From Acidobacteriota bacterium (GTDB lineage Bacteria > Acidobacteriota > UBA6911 > RPQK01 > JBOGJG01), in the NCBI GenBank assembly GCA_050747825.1, contig JBOGJG010000277.1:9791-73790 (forward strand): 64,000 nucleotides of DNA, in the 5' to 3' direction. Within the stretch, counting starts at the first letter, position 1, and every line of letters begins with the position of its first letter. Made by a program: the position numbers and the translations under genes. Shown here piece after piece: positions 9,510 through 19,222 of the stretch. Under the pieces are notes generated by a model. The model searched no databases, had not been told where the DNA came from, and saw only the letters and a program-made list of their open reading frames with translations.

Positions 9510-10518
9510 ATGGGAGAAGAGGCTGACCCTGCGCGACGCCAACCGCAGCGTCTTCCCATTCGATTGGGGAGTGGAGTGGCTGGGCAATGGAGCTTCGCCC
9601 CCTGCACCAGAAAATCCGCTTGCGCGCTTCAAGGAATTCGCGCGGGACAGCCTGGCCAACAGCCATGATTTCTATTCTCCACCGGAAGCCGGAAACTTTA
9701 CGCTGAAAGACGATCTTTTAAGTTTTTCAAGTCCCACACCCACGCCCTACCCGAAGAACAACACGGCCTATGGACGGCTTTTCCCGGCAAGGGATCGCAC
9801 TCGAGCCGTAATTCTCGTCCCGCAATGGAACTCCGATGAAAACAGCCATGTGGGACTTTGCCGAATTTTCCAGAAGATGGGGATCAATGCCGTGCGGTTG
9901 ACTCTTCCCTATCACGAACAACGCCTTCCCCCTGGGATGAAGCGAGCCGACTTCATGGTGAGCCCGAATATCGGCAGGACCATCCATGCCACCCGCCAGG
10001 CCATATTGGAGCTGCGCCAGATCGTGCACTGGCTGCGCCGGGAGGGATATGAGCGCATCGGCGTTATGGGCACGAGTCTGGGCTCCTGTGTGGCATACCT
10101 GGCATTTATTCACGACAGAAACATCTCCACAGGAGTTTTCAATCACGTCTCGGCTTTCTTTGCTGACGCGGTCTGGACGGGGCTGTCCACGCGTTACGTG
10201 CGGTCCGGGCTGGAAGGCAACATATCGCTCGAGGACCTGCGTCGCTGCTGGGCGCCAATTAGCCCCTGGTACTTTATCGAACAACTGGAGAATGATGACC
10301 GTCCCCACCTGCTGATTAACGCCAAATATGATCTGACTTTTCTTCCCGAACTCACCCAATTAGTCTTCGATCGATACGCTGAAAAGAAAATAAGGCTGGA
10401 CCGGGCAGTACTTCCCTGCGGGCATTACACCACAGCCCGCTTCCCTTTCAATTACCTGGACGGCTGGCATATCTGCCGCTACCTGCAGCGCCGGCTCAGG
10501 CTGGGGGAGCATGGTTAA
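9481..10518 (+). CDS. Alpha/beta-hydrolase family protein (ABHD18-like)
   Basis: Nucleophile elbow GTSLGS (GxSxG) within an alpha/beta fold-sized protein. The start may be an internal Met because the N-terminus overlaps the permease. Confidence 0.6.
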   Translation: MSLYKNWMFRWEKRLTLRDANRSVFPFDWGVEWLGNGASPPAPENPLARFKEFARDSLANSHDFYSPPEAGNFTLKDDLLSFSSPTPTPYPKNNTAYGRLFPARDRTRAVILVPQWNSDENSHVGLCRIFQKMGINAVRLTLPYHEQRLPPGMKRADFMVSPNIGRTIHATRQAILELRQIVHWLRREGYERIGVMGTSLGSCVAYLAFIHDRNISTGVFNHVSAFFADAVWTGLSTRYVRSGLEGNISLEDLRRCWAPISPWYFIEQLENDDRPHLLINAKYDLTFLPELTQLVFDRYAEKKIRLDRAVLPCGHYTTARFPFNYLDGWHICRYLQRRLRLGEHG

Positions 10519-11050
10519 CAAGATCCTGATCACTGGACATCCGGGAGTCGGCAAGACAACATTGTTGAAGAAGGTGATCGCCCGCTGTGCTGATCTGGCC
10601 CTGACCGGCTTCTATACCGAGGAAATCCGGGAGAATGGCGTACGCGTCGGCTTCAAAGCGGTTGGGCTGAACGGCAGCTCGGCCGTTTTCGCTCACAAGA
10701 ACTTCCAGACCGGTCCCGAGCGGAAGGTGGGCAAATATGGAGTAAAGCCTGAGGCGCTCGAGAGTCTGGTCCTGCCTCATATCGACGCGCAGCGAAAAGG
10801 GGCGGACTTGGTGGTGATTGATGAAATTGCCAAGATGGAGCTGATTTCAAAATTGTTTCGCCAAAAACTGATCGACCTCGTCGAATCGGACTCTCCCGTT
10901 TTTGCCAGTATTTCTCTGAAGGGCACGGGCCTGATCAAGGATCTCAAGCGGCGAAAAGATGTCGAATTGTTCACCCTGACACAGCAGAACCGGGACGTCC
11001 TGATCGAGCAAGTCTACCGTAGCGTCAAACGGATAACGGGTGCCGGTTAA
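10511..11050 (+). CDS. P-loop NTPase (THEP1/NTPase-1-like)
   Basis: N-terminal Walker A ITGHPGVGKTT. Walker B hhhhDE is present (LVVIDEI). Size fits this family at 179 aa. Confidence 0.6.
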   Translation: MVNKILITGHPGVGKTTLLKKVIARCADLALTGFYTEEIRENGVRVGFKAVGLNGSSAVFAHKNFQTGPERKVGKYGVKPEALESLVLPHIDAQRKGADLVVIDEIAKMELISKLFRQKLIDLVESDSPVFASISLKGTGLIKDLKRRKDVELFTLTQQNRDVLIEQVYRSVKRITGAG

Positions 11051-11233
11051 CGGCGGGCAGCTGGCAGTAGTCTGGGCTACCTATAATCTAACAGCCTGTA
11101 AAAGTCCTGAGGGGCCGTGCGTCAGGGAAGTCTCCTCCTGAAGCCATTTTAAAAAGAGTCGCACTAGCAGCAAGGAAATTCAGGTGTCAAGCGAAGGCCT
11201 ACGCGTGACGGGTGCGCTATACTACTACGCATC

Positions 11234-11845
11234 ATGCGAACTGGGCTATTTTTGTCGCTGCTGTTGGCGGTGGCTGGTCCGCTGCTGGCCTACGATATAA
11301 AGAAAATAGATGTCAAGCCGGCAGCCGAGTACCCGGCCCGTCAGGATTTTCAGAACATCGTGATTGGGGTCTATCCCTGTGAAACCGAGCAGAAGGCTTC
11401 TGAGTTGTTCGACACCGACAAACTTCACGAAGAAGGCTACATGCCAGTTCTGGTGGTGGTCGAGAATAACAACGAGTTCGCCATCCGGCTGCACGAGCGA
11501 GAGATTTTTTTCATTCGCCAGGATGGCATCAATGTCCCCAGCGTCCCCTTCCATGAGGTCATCCTGGGCATCAGCATGAAGAGAAAACTGTCCTCGGTGC
11601 CGACTCGGCCTGAGATCCTGATTCAGCAGGTGGGCAACAAGGACATGGTTCAGGACTTTGAACAAAAAGCCTTTGGTGAACGGCTGATCCCCCCACATAG
11701 TTCCGACTACGGCGTCGTTTTTTTTCCTCTCTCTGAAAGCAATGACCTGGCTGGCACACTCCTCTACTTTCCTGAGGTGCTGAATATTACCGACGATGAA
11801 CAACTGATGTTTTTTGAAGTTGCCCTGGGAGGGAGGCAGGAATGA
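11234..11845 (+). CDS. Secreted hypothetical protein
   Basis: 203 aa with signal peptide MRTGLFLSLLLAVAGPLLA. No known motif. Confidence 0.45.
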   Translation: MRTGLFLSLLLAVAGPLLAYDIKKIDVKPAAEYPARQDFQNIVIGVYPCETEQKASELFDTDKLHEEGYMPVLVVVENNNEFAIRLHEREIFFIRQDGINVPSVPFHEVILGISMKRKLSSVPTRPEILIQQVGNKDMVQDFEQKAFGERLIPPHSSDYGVVFFPLSESNDLAGTLLYFPEVLNITDDEQLMFFEVALGGRQE

Positions 11846-12648
11846 TCGAGGCTTTGGAAAATCAGTGGGCGCTCATTCTGGGCGCCTCGAGTGGATTTGG
11901 CGAAGCGGCCTCGCTGGAGCTGTCGCGCGCCGGCATGAATATCTTTGGCGTTCATCTGGATCGGAAATCAACGCTTGCAAATGTAGAGCGTATCCGGAGT
12001 GAGATCCGGAGTGCCGGAAAGCAAAGCCGCTTCTTCAACGTCAACGCGGCCGATGCCGAAAAGCGGGAAGTGGTGCTTCAAGAGATTCAGAATACGCTGG
12101 AACAGCAGGGGGCGAATGCCGCCGTTCGGGTCTTGCTCCACTCGCTGGCCTTCGGCAGCCTGGGACGCTTTTTCCCCGAGGACGGGCAAAGGCCAATGGG
12201 CAGCGATCAGATCAATATGACTTCGGATGTAATGGCTCATTCGCTGGTGTACTGGACACAAGGGCTGCTGCAGCGAAATCTGATTGGCGAAGGCACGCGC
12301 ATTTTTGCCATGACCAGTTCGGGGGGACATCGGGTGTGGCCCAGCTATGGTCCTGTGTCTGCGGCTAAGGCCGCCCTTGAATCTCATATCCGTCAGCTGG
12401 CCCTCGAACTTGCTCCCCGAGGGATTACCGCCAATGCCATCCAGGCCGGGGTGACTGACACGCCCGCCCTGCGCAAGATACCGGGACATGAGGAGATGGT
12501 CGAGTCCGCCGCTAAGGCGAATCCGGGAGGACGACTCACGACGCCCCGGGACGTCGGTCGCGCCCTCGTCGCACTGAGCCATCCCTATACTCAATGGATG
12601 ACCGGCAATGTGATCCGCGTGGATGGGGGAGAAGATATCACCAGCTAG
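11842..12648 (+). CDS. SDR-family oxidoreductase (enoyl-reductase-like)
   Basis: Rossmann-fold motif ILGASSGFG (FabV/TER-like N-terminus) and catalytic Y-x6-K (SYGPVSAAKAA), but only 268 aa. Confidence 0.6.
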   Translation: MIEALENQWALILGASSGFGEAASLELSRAGMNIFGVHLDRKSTLANVERIRSEIRSAGKQSRFFNVNAADAEKREVVLQEIQNTLEQQGANAAVRVLLHSLAFGSLGRFFPEDGQRPMGSDQINMTSDVMAHSLVYWTQGLLQRNLIGEGTRIFAMTSSGGHRVWPSYGPVSAAKAALESHIRQLALELAPRGITANAIQAGVTDTPALRKIPGHEEMVESAAKANPGGRLTTPRDVGRALVALSHPYTQWMTGNVIRVDGGEDITS

Positions 12649-12649
12649 A

Positions 12650-13915
12650 ATGGAGAATTTTCCTCAAGTCAAATTCCAGGAGTACCGCTTAGATAATCGT
12701 CTCCAGGTGATATTGCACCGGGACGACCGTGTCCCTCTGGTCCATGTCAGCGTTCATTATCGGATCGGCTCCAGTTACGAGAGGCCCGGCCTCTCCGGGT
12801 TCGCGCACCTGTTCGAGCACATGATGTTCCAGGGGTCCGAAAATATCGGAAAGAATGAGCATGGGAGGCACGTGGATATGGCTGGAGGGAGCTGGAACGC
12901 CTCCACCAACAAAGATCGCACGAACTATTATGAGACGCTGCCGGCCCACTACCTGGAACTGGGGCTTTGGTTGGAAGCCGACCGTATGCGCTCCCTGAAG
13001 GTAAGCGAGGAAAATTTTGAAAACCAGCGGCAGACGGTCATCGAAGAAAAGAAGCAGAGTTACGATAATCGCCCGTACGGCCGGGCCTACCTCAGATTTG
13101 ACGAGCTGGCTTATCAGAACTGGGCTTACGCGCATCCAGTCATTGGCTCGGTGGAAGACCTCAAACAGGCCACTCTGGAGGATGCTCTTGGCTTTCACCG
13201 CACTTATTACGGACCTGGGAACGCAACCCTGGTTTTGTCCGGTGATTTCGAAGAGAAGGAAGCTCTGGAAAAGATTCGACTGTACTTCAATTCCATTGAG
13301 GACCGCACGGCGCCTGCTATTCCCGACCTGAGCGAGCCTCAACAGCAGGAGGCAAAGACGGAGGTGATCCGCGATCCACTGGCCAGCCTTCCCGCGCTGT
13401 CGATTGGCTACCATATGCCCGCGATCGACTCGCCGGAGTATTACGCGCTCTCCGTTTTGGGTCTGGTCCTTTCAGAGGGCGAATCCTCACGGTTTTTTCG
13501 CCGCTTGGTCCGGGACGAAAACTGGGTCACGGGACTCTCTGCCGGACCGAATGAGTACAAAGGGCCTGAGATTTTCGCTTTGTGGGCCCAGCTTCAAAAC
13601 GGAGTGGAGCCGCAAAGGATTTTAGACACGGTAGAGTCGCTGCTGGCGGAAGTGCAGGAAAGGGAGATACCCGAGCAAGAGATCGAGAAGGCCCGAAACC
13701 AGTTGGCCCACCGATTTATTGAACGCCTGACTACAGTCTCTCGCGTTGGAGAGTGGTTGGCGCGCTATGCGCTTTATTACGACGATCCCCACATGCTCAA
13801 TCGCCAGCTGGAGCGATTTTTGTCCGTTACGGCGCAAGACATTATGAAGGCGGCTCAACGCATTCTTGGCCCTGAAAACCGGACCCTCGTTCTCGTCGAG
13901 CCGGCGAATAATTGA
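12650..13915 (+). CDS. M16-family zinc peptidase (active subunit)
   Basis: Inverted zinc-binding motif HLFEHMMFQGS (HxxEH) plus a downstream Glu. Start set at the internal Met to avoid overlap. Confidence 0.8.
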   Translation: MENFPQVKFQEYRLDNRLQVILHRDDRVPLVHVSVHYRIGSSYERPGLSGFAHLFEHMMFQGSENIGKNEHGRHVDMAGGSWNASTNKDRTNYYETLPAHYLELGLWLEADRMRSLKVSEENFENQRQTVIEEKKQSYDNRPYGRAYLRFDELAYQNWAYAHPVIGSVEDLKQATLEDALGFHRTYYGPGNATLVLSGDFEEKEALEKIRLYFNSIEDRTAPAIPDLSEPQQQEAKTEVIRDPLASLPALSIGYHMPAIDSPEYYALSVLGLVLSEGESSRFFRRLVRDENWVTGLSAGPNEYKGPEIFALWAQLQNGVEPQRILDTVESLLAEVQEREIPEQEIEKARNQLAHRFIERLTTVSRVGEWLARYALYYDDPHMLNRQLERFLSVTAQDIMKAAQRILGPENRTLVLVEPANN

Positions 13916-13925
13916 GGGGACGCGA

Positions 13926-15275
13926 ATGATCTCGAAAGCCCCCTCACCCGGCAGGGTTAAGAACATCTCTTATCCGGAGATACCCTCCGTTCAGCTCGAG
14001 AACGGCCTTCAGGTTCTGCTGGTGAAGGATCACTCTTTCCCCCGCGTTACCATCAAACTGGCGATTCCAGTGGGGCGGGCAGCCAGTCCCGATGACAGTC
14101 TAGCGTTGATCACACTGGCTGCCAATCTGATCAAGGAAGGCACAACCAGCCGTTCCGCCCAGCAGATCTCGGATTTAATGGATCGACTCGCCATCCAGTA
14201 CGACAGCGGAGTCTTTATGGAATATTGCCTGTTTTCGATGAAGGCGCTTCTCGCCCATGCTGAAACGGCAATGGAGCTGCTGGCAGACCTGCTCCAAAAT
14301 TCCACTTTTCCGGAGGAGGAACTGGCCCGGGTAAAGATCCGCTGGCGAAGCAGCCTCATTGCCCAGCGCAGCCAGCCGGAATTCTTGGCCAACGAGCAGA
14401 CCTTCCATGCGCTCTATCCCAATCACTCTTATTCAAAAGTTTCCATCCCTGCGCAGCACCTGGAGAAAGCTGACCGGCAGGCGGTCCAGGATGTTTTCTC
14501 CCGGTTTTTTGTCCCGGCGGGGGCTTTACTGGTATTGGCAGGTCCGCTGGAGTTGAATGAGGCGGGCCGCCTCGCCTCCAGATTTTTTGGGGACTGGAAC
14601 CCCCCGAACGCGCCGCCCATGCTTTACGGCGAATTAGCCAGACAGAAGGGGCGGAAGGTCTATCTGGTGCATCGGCCCCACTCCATCCAATCCACAATTA
14701 CTGTATCAACCTACGCCTTGCCCAAGAACCATCCAGATTCCCTTGTTCTGAAACTGGCGAATCAGGCATTGGGAGGCGGTGCCAGCGCCCGACTCTTTCT
14801 GAACCTCCGTGAGGATAAGGGATACACTTACGGGGCTTACAGCCTGCTCAAGTCGTATCGATACAGCGGCGTTTTTGCTGCCAGCGCCAACGTAAAGAGA
14901 GAGGCGACACTCGAGTGTATTTTGGAGATTTTTTCGGAGTTGGAGCGAATGAGTTCCGCGACTCCCGCTGAGGACGAGCTGAATCGCTGCCGGTCTGAGT
15001 TAATCGGTTCTTTCGTCCGGCAGATGCAGACTCCGGAATCAATTTCAGTTCTGGAAATTGTCCGCCGGTTGTACGGGCTGCCAGAAGATTATTATCAGAA
15101 TTTTATCCCTGGAATCCGATCGGTGGAACCTGCTATGGTAGCTGAGCTATCTCGGCAGTTGTTTGAAGGTCAGGACCTGGCGATTACGGTCGTTGGTGAC
15201 CAGGATCAGGTGGAAGATCAGTTGCGGGAAATCGGACCAGTCCACGTCTACGATATTCTTGGAAATCAGCTATGA
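13926..15275 (+). CDS. M16-family peptidase-like protein (non-catalytic partner; no HxxEH)
   Basis: Same fold composition and length as the upstream gene, but the HxxEH motif is missing. This matches the usual paired active/inactive M16 arrangement. Confidence 0.65.
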   Translation: MISKAPSPGRVKNISYPEIPSVQLENGLQVLLVKDHSFPRVTIKLAIPVGRAASPDDSLALITLAANLIKEGTTSRSAQQISDLMDRLAIQYDSGVFMEYCLFSMKALLAHAETAMELLADLLQNSTFPEEELARVKIRWRSSLIAQRSQPEFLANEQTFHALYPNHSYSKVSIPAQHLEKADRQAVQDVFSRFFVPAGALLVLAGPLELNEAGRLASRFFGDWNPPNAPPMLYGELARQKGRKVYLVHRPHSIQSTITVSTYALPKNHPDSLVLKLANQALGGGASARLFLNLREDKGYTYGAYSLLKSYRYSGVFAASANVKREATLECILEIFSELERMSSATPAEDELNRCRSELIGSFVRQMQTPESISVLEIVRRLYGLPEDYYQNFIPGIRSVEPAMVAELSRQLFEGQDLAITVVGDQDQVEDQLREIGPVHVYDILGNQL

Positions 15276-15592
15276 GCACGTCAAAAGAAGAGCATTATGA
15301 AAAGGGAATGGAACATTTCAGCGAAGACCGAATGGATCAGGCCATCGAAGAGCTGTACAGAGCGTTGAAGATTGACCCCGCCTATGGCGATGCTCTCCAT
15401 GCTCTGGCCATGACCTACTACCACCAGGGCGATATCGATAATGCCATCAAATACGGCGAGCGTTACCGCGAGGCTGACCCCTCGGAGGCGCTCGCTTATA
15501 CCAGTCTGTCCATGTTTTATAATGCCAAAGGCATGATTGAAAAGGCCGAGGAGATGGGAGCGAAAGCCAATGCTCCTCCGGCCCAAAAATAG
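15272..15592 (+). CDS. Tetratricopeptide-repeat protein, 106 aa
   Basis: TPR consensus (ALKIDPAYGDALHALAMTYYHQGDIDNAIKYGERY). Start is coupled to the upstream gene's stop. Confidence 0.55.
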   Translation: MSTSKEEHYEKGMEHFSEDRMDQAIEELYRALKIDPAYGDALHALAMTYYHQGDIDNAIKYGERYREADPSEALAYTSLSMFYNAKGMIEKAEEMGAKANAPPAQK

Positions 15593-15634
15593 GTGCCACG
15601 TGGTCATAAGACAATTTTGAAGGGAGATGATTCT

Positions 15635-16894
15635 ATGAATCGCAGAAACTTTGTAAAGAGCGTAGTGGCTGGAGCGGCCGCGGCTTCAACCTGGAATGCC
15701 AGGAGCTATGCGGCAGTCCAGGGGGCCAATGAAAGACTGCGCCTGGGGGTGATCGGATGCGGCTCGATGGCCAATTCGCACATGAATGCTCTTCTGGAGA
15801 TGAAATCGAGCGATAACATAGAGGTCGTTGCCGTATGCGACGTCTATCAGAAGCGCCTGGACGCAGCCGCCCAGAAGACGGGTGGCAAGCCTTTTCCCCG
15901 CTATCAGGACCTCCTGGCGCAAAATGATATCGACTATGTCCTGATCGCCACTCCCGAGCACTGGCATCACCGCATGATCCTGGACACGATTGACGCCGGA
16001 AAGCACGTTTACGTGGAGAAGCCGATGACTCACTCCATTGAACAGGCCAAGGAGGTCGTGCACAAGGTCAAGGATTCCAACGTGAAGCTCCAGGTGGGCG
16101 TTCAGGGAATGTCTGACGAGTCCTATGAAGTGGCCGAGCAGTACATCCGGGAGGGGGCTCTGGGTACCGTGGTCATGGCCCAAATCGACTACTCACGGAA
16201 TTACCTGGGAGATTTTTGGGCCGGCCCCATAGATGAGGACGCCAAACCGGGGGTGAATCTGGATTGGGAGGCCTGGCTGGGACCGGCTCCCAAACGCCAG
16301 TGGGACCCTCGCCGCTACTTCCAGTGGCGCCGCTATTGGGATTACTCCGGAGGAATTGCCACCGATCTGTTTATCCATCGGGTTAGCCGCATCATCAAGG
16401 CAGTCGGCCTGGATTTTCCCGATCGCGTGGTGGCGACCGGCGGCACCTGGCATTTTACGGACAGCGTGGCAGAGATCCCTGAGACCTTCAACATGCTATG
16501 CGACTATCCCGGAGGGCCGACTGTGGCTCTGATTTCTTCGATGGCCAATGACACGCCCATCGATCACGTGATCCGCGGCCACAAGGCGACGCTGGAGTTC
16601 ACCCACGATGGTTTTGTGATCACTCCGCAGGAAGCTACCAGCGAGGACGCCATCAATCCCCAGGACCGCCGTGCCGGAGAGGTTTGCTTGCAGGTTTATC
16701 GGAAGAGGGGCGCCGAGGACGTGACGCTGCATCACCGCAATCTGCAGCAGGCTATCCGTCAGGGCCAAGAACTGAAATGTGACGCTCAGCTTGGCTACCA
16801 CGGCGTCGTAGTCACCATGATGGGCGTCGAATCCTTCCGCAACCGCGACTACCTGCGCTGGAACCGCGAGAAGGAAATCGTGGAACAGGCCTAA
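15635..16894 (+). CDS. Gfo/Idh/MocA-family oxidoreductase with Tat signal
   Basis: Twin-arginine leader [18 protein letters not shown], then the NAD-binding motif [10 protein letters not shown] and the EHWHH block typical of this family. Confidence 0.8.
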   Translation: MNRRNFVKSVVAGAAAASTWNARSYAAVQGANERLRLGVIGCGSMANSHMNALLEMKSSDNIEVVAVCDVYQKRLDAAAQKTGGKPFPRYQDLLAQNDIDYVLIATPEHWHHRMILDTIDAGKHVYVEKPMTHSIEQAKEVVHKVKDSNVKLQVGVQGMSDESYEVAEQYIREGALGTVVMAQIDYSRNYLGDFWAGPIDEDAKPGVNLDWEAWLGPAPKRQWDPRRYFQWRRYWDYSGGIATDLFIHRVSRIIKAVGLDFPDRVVATGGTWHFTDSVAEIPETFNMLCDYPGGPTVALISSMANDTPIDHVIRGHKATLEFTHDGFVITPQEATSEDAINPQDRRAGEVCLQVYRKRGAEDVTLHHRNLQQAIRQGQELKCDAQLGYHGVVVTMMGVESFRNRDYLRWNREKEIVEQA

Positions 16895-16937
16895 GAACAC
16901 GAATTCTGCTAAAATTACCGCCCTTCCCGATAATCAA

Positions 16938-17012
16938 GCCGGCGTAGCTCAACGGTAGAGCGGCGCATTCGTAATGCGTAGGTTGTAGGTTCGATTCCTA
17001 TCGCCGGCTCCA
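16938..17012 (+). tRNA. tRNA-Thr (anticodon CGU)
   Basis: Folded by hand into a 75-nt cloverleaf: acceptor GCCGGCG/CGCCGGC, D arm GCTC-AACGGTA-GAGC, anticodon stem GCGCA/TGCGT with loop TTCGTAA (U33, anticodon CGT, A37), T arm GTAGG-TTCGATT-CCTAT, discriminator U, encoded CCA. Confidence 0.85.
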
Positions 17013-17202
17013 GGATTTTCAACAAATCAGCGAGCTCCATCGATCAGGCTACGGCGGCCACAGCCGCCGGGCTGGCCAGATGCGCCGCTGCTCCCGGGAT
17101 TATCTCCAACGCCTCGACCACTTCCGGAAAGTAGCGCGCCAGCGGCTGTCCCGATTTGGATTGAAGCACGCTCGCCATCTTCGCAGCCTTCGGCCTCGCT
17201 CG

Positions 17203-17238
17203 TCAGCGGGCAGCGGTCAGCGGTCAGCGGGTCAGCGG
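17203..17238. repeat. Heptamer microsatellite (GTCAGCG)n, about 5 units
   Basis: gtcagcgg gcagcg gtcagcg gtcagcgg gtcagcgg. Same family (reverse complement) as the 47381-47481 array. Confidence 0.8.
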
Positions 17239-17260
17239 CTGCATCTCGAGTTCCATTGCT

Positions 17261-18214
17261 TTACCGCAGCACCTTTTCGAGTTCAAAGCGCCCGCGTGAA
17301 GAAACCAAAGGTTCAAAGAGATCACCTTTCCTGCTGACGCGGCGGCGGGCGTTATCGATGCGAAAGTCTTCGATCTTGATTCCTTTTCGGACTTCTTCCC
17401 AGGTGACCGGCATCGAGACTGTGGCCCTGGGTTTGGGACGCACGGAATAGACAGAAGCGAGTGTGCGACCCCAGGCGTTCTGGTTGTAGTCCACCAGTAC
17501 CCGGCCAGCCGGGCGCTTGCTGATCCGGTACTCTGCCGTGATCAGGTCGGGATAAAGCCCCTCCAGGCTCTTGGAGAGCCTCTTGGCGAAAGTCCAGACC
17601 TGCTTCTGAGTGGGGCCTCTCACTATAGGCACATACGCATGGATACCCTTTGAGCCGGTGGTCTTGGCAAAATTCGGGATCTTCAAAGCATCCAGGGCCT
17701 CGTGGACGATCAGGGCCGTCTCACAGACTTTTTCGAAGCCGACGTCACCGACGGGGTCGAGATCGAAATGGAGATAATCAGGACGATCCACGTCATCACA
17801 TCGGGCGTACCACTGATTGAGATCGATGCAGCCCAGGTTCACAACCCAGAGCAGCGAAGCCACGTCCTGGACCACCGGAAAGTCAATCACGTTTCCCGAA
17901 GAATGCTTGATCGAACAGAGCTCTATCCAATCGGGACGGTATGAAGGAGCCCTCTTCATAAAGAAGAAATCCCCCTTCCAGCCGTTGGGGTAGCGCTTCA
18001 TGACCATGGCTCGGTCGCGCAGATGGGGAAGAAGCACGTCAGACATATCGGAATAATATTGAAGCAGGTCGCCCTTGGTCAGTCCCAGATCAGGCCAGAA
18101 AGGCTTTCGCAGATTGGTAAGCTTCAGCTTGCGGCCATCCAGATCGTATTGAACACTGTTCTTGTCTGTTGGAATCTTCAGAGCGCTATGCCGCTCCTGG
18201 GCTGTCTTCGGCAT
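17261..18214 (-). CDS. NHEJ DNA polymerase/primase domain protein (LigD Pol-domain, standalone)
   Basis: 317 aa carrying the archaeo-eukaryotic primase-type motifs of LigD PolDom (...YLHFDLDP...SKGIHAYVP...). Confidence 0.7.
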   Translation of the reverse strand: MPKTAQERHSALKIPTDKNSVQYDLDGRKLKLTNLRKPFWPDLGLTKGDLLQYYSDMSDVLLPHLRDRAMVMKRYPNGWKGDFFFMKRAPSYRPDWIELCSIKHSSGNVIDFPVVQDVASLLWVVNLGCIDLNQWYARCDDVDRPDYLHFDLDPVGDVGFEKVCETALIVHEALDALKIPNFAKTTGSKGIHAYVPIVRGPTQKQVWTFAKRLSKSLEGLYPDLITAEYRISKRPAGRVLVDYNQNAWGRTLASVYSVRPKPRATVSMPVTWEEVRKGIKIEDFRIDNARRRVSRKGDLFEPLVSSRGRFELEKVLR

Positions 18215-18298
18215 CTCCTGAATCCATTATATCGAGCCCGTAGCCAAGTCGTTAACCGGACGCCTGGCCGGGACATTTTACTCGGGGAGCCAGCCACC

Positions 18299-19222
18299 TT
18301 ATCTCCTGGTAGTATCCCAGGACGGAGAAGTGAATCGCCCTCCCCAGGGAGGATCCAGCGGGAGGCAGGCGTCAAACTCGGTGATCAGCGCGGACTCCAG
18401 TTCCTGACCATACAGATCGTTCATAAACAGATCGATAATCTCCCGGCAAAATCGTTCCCAGCACCCCTCTTCCCGGCCGGGCTCAATCGGATAAAACATT
18501 ACATCATTGGCGCGCGCGGCCTTTAAGTCGCCGACGGCGTCGCCGATCATGAGCACGCGACCAGGCTGGTACTTGCCTCTCGTCGCAAGTTCCAGGTGCT
18601 CCTTCTTACTGCCCATTTCCTGTCCGGCGATGACCGCCACATACTGGCTGATGTCGTTCTCTTCCCATTCTCGAAGCAGCGCCTCTCCAGGAGTCGAAGA
18701 AACCACAACCACGTCGGCCTTGAGACGCAGTTTCTCGAGACAGTCTCGAACCAGCGGGAAGGGCCTTACATCCTGGACGACGCGAGTCACCGACTCATTC
18801 ACCTCCAGACTCCAGTCCAGCACTCGTTCGAGCTCCTGGCTTCGCGTCCGTTCAATTTCCTCTCGCAGAGCTGGATTGCCGAGCTTGGTTTCCTTTCTGG
18901 TCCAGGCAAGCAAATCGTTGAGGGGAGGAATTTCAACGCCGCGCCTTTGGACCTCGGGCCGCCCGCGCAGCAGATCAAAGGTCTTGAGAAGAGCCAGAAA
19001 GCGGTTGCAACCCCGATCCTTGGAATAGAGGTTCACAAACTCCCAGGCTTCCCGGGTGTATTTGGAGACTCCAGCCAGGCGCCATTTTTCGATCGTCACC
19101 GGGCAAAAACATTCTTTGTGCTTGGGCTCCATGGAATCGAAGACACATCCATCTGAATCGATTCCCACAAAGAATTCGTGCTTCGGCTTGAAATTCTCCA
19201 GATCCGATCGAGTAAAGCTCAT
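18299..19222 (-). CDS. HAD-superfamily hydrolase
   Basis: Motif I VGIDSDGCVF (DxD) and the later Lys/Asp motifs (MIGDAVGD). The track ORF has 6 extra N-terminal codons. Confidence 0.6.
   Translation of the reverse strand: MSFTRSDLENFKPKHEFFVGIDSDGCVFDSMEPKHKECFCPVTIEKWRLAGVSKYTREAWEFVNLYSKDRGCNRFLALLKTFDLLRGRPEVQRRGVEIPPLNDLLAWTRKETKLGNPALREEIERTRSQELERVLDWSLEVNESVTRVVQDVRPFPLVRDCLEKLRLKADVVVVSSTPGEALLREWEENDISQYVAVIAGQEMGSKKEHLELATRGKYQPGRVLMIGDAVGDLKAARANDVMFYPIEPGREEGCWERFCREIIDLFMNDLYGQELESALITEFDACLPLDPPWGGRFTSPSWDTTRR

Noticed and set aside
16895-17260. Integrase or mobile element at the tRNA-Thr 3' flank
   Set aside because: No integrase, att-like direct repeat of the tRNA 3' end, or phage genes. 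Only the heptamer array and a short orphan ORF.
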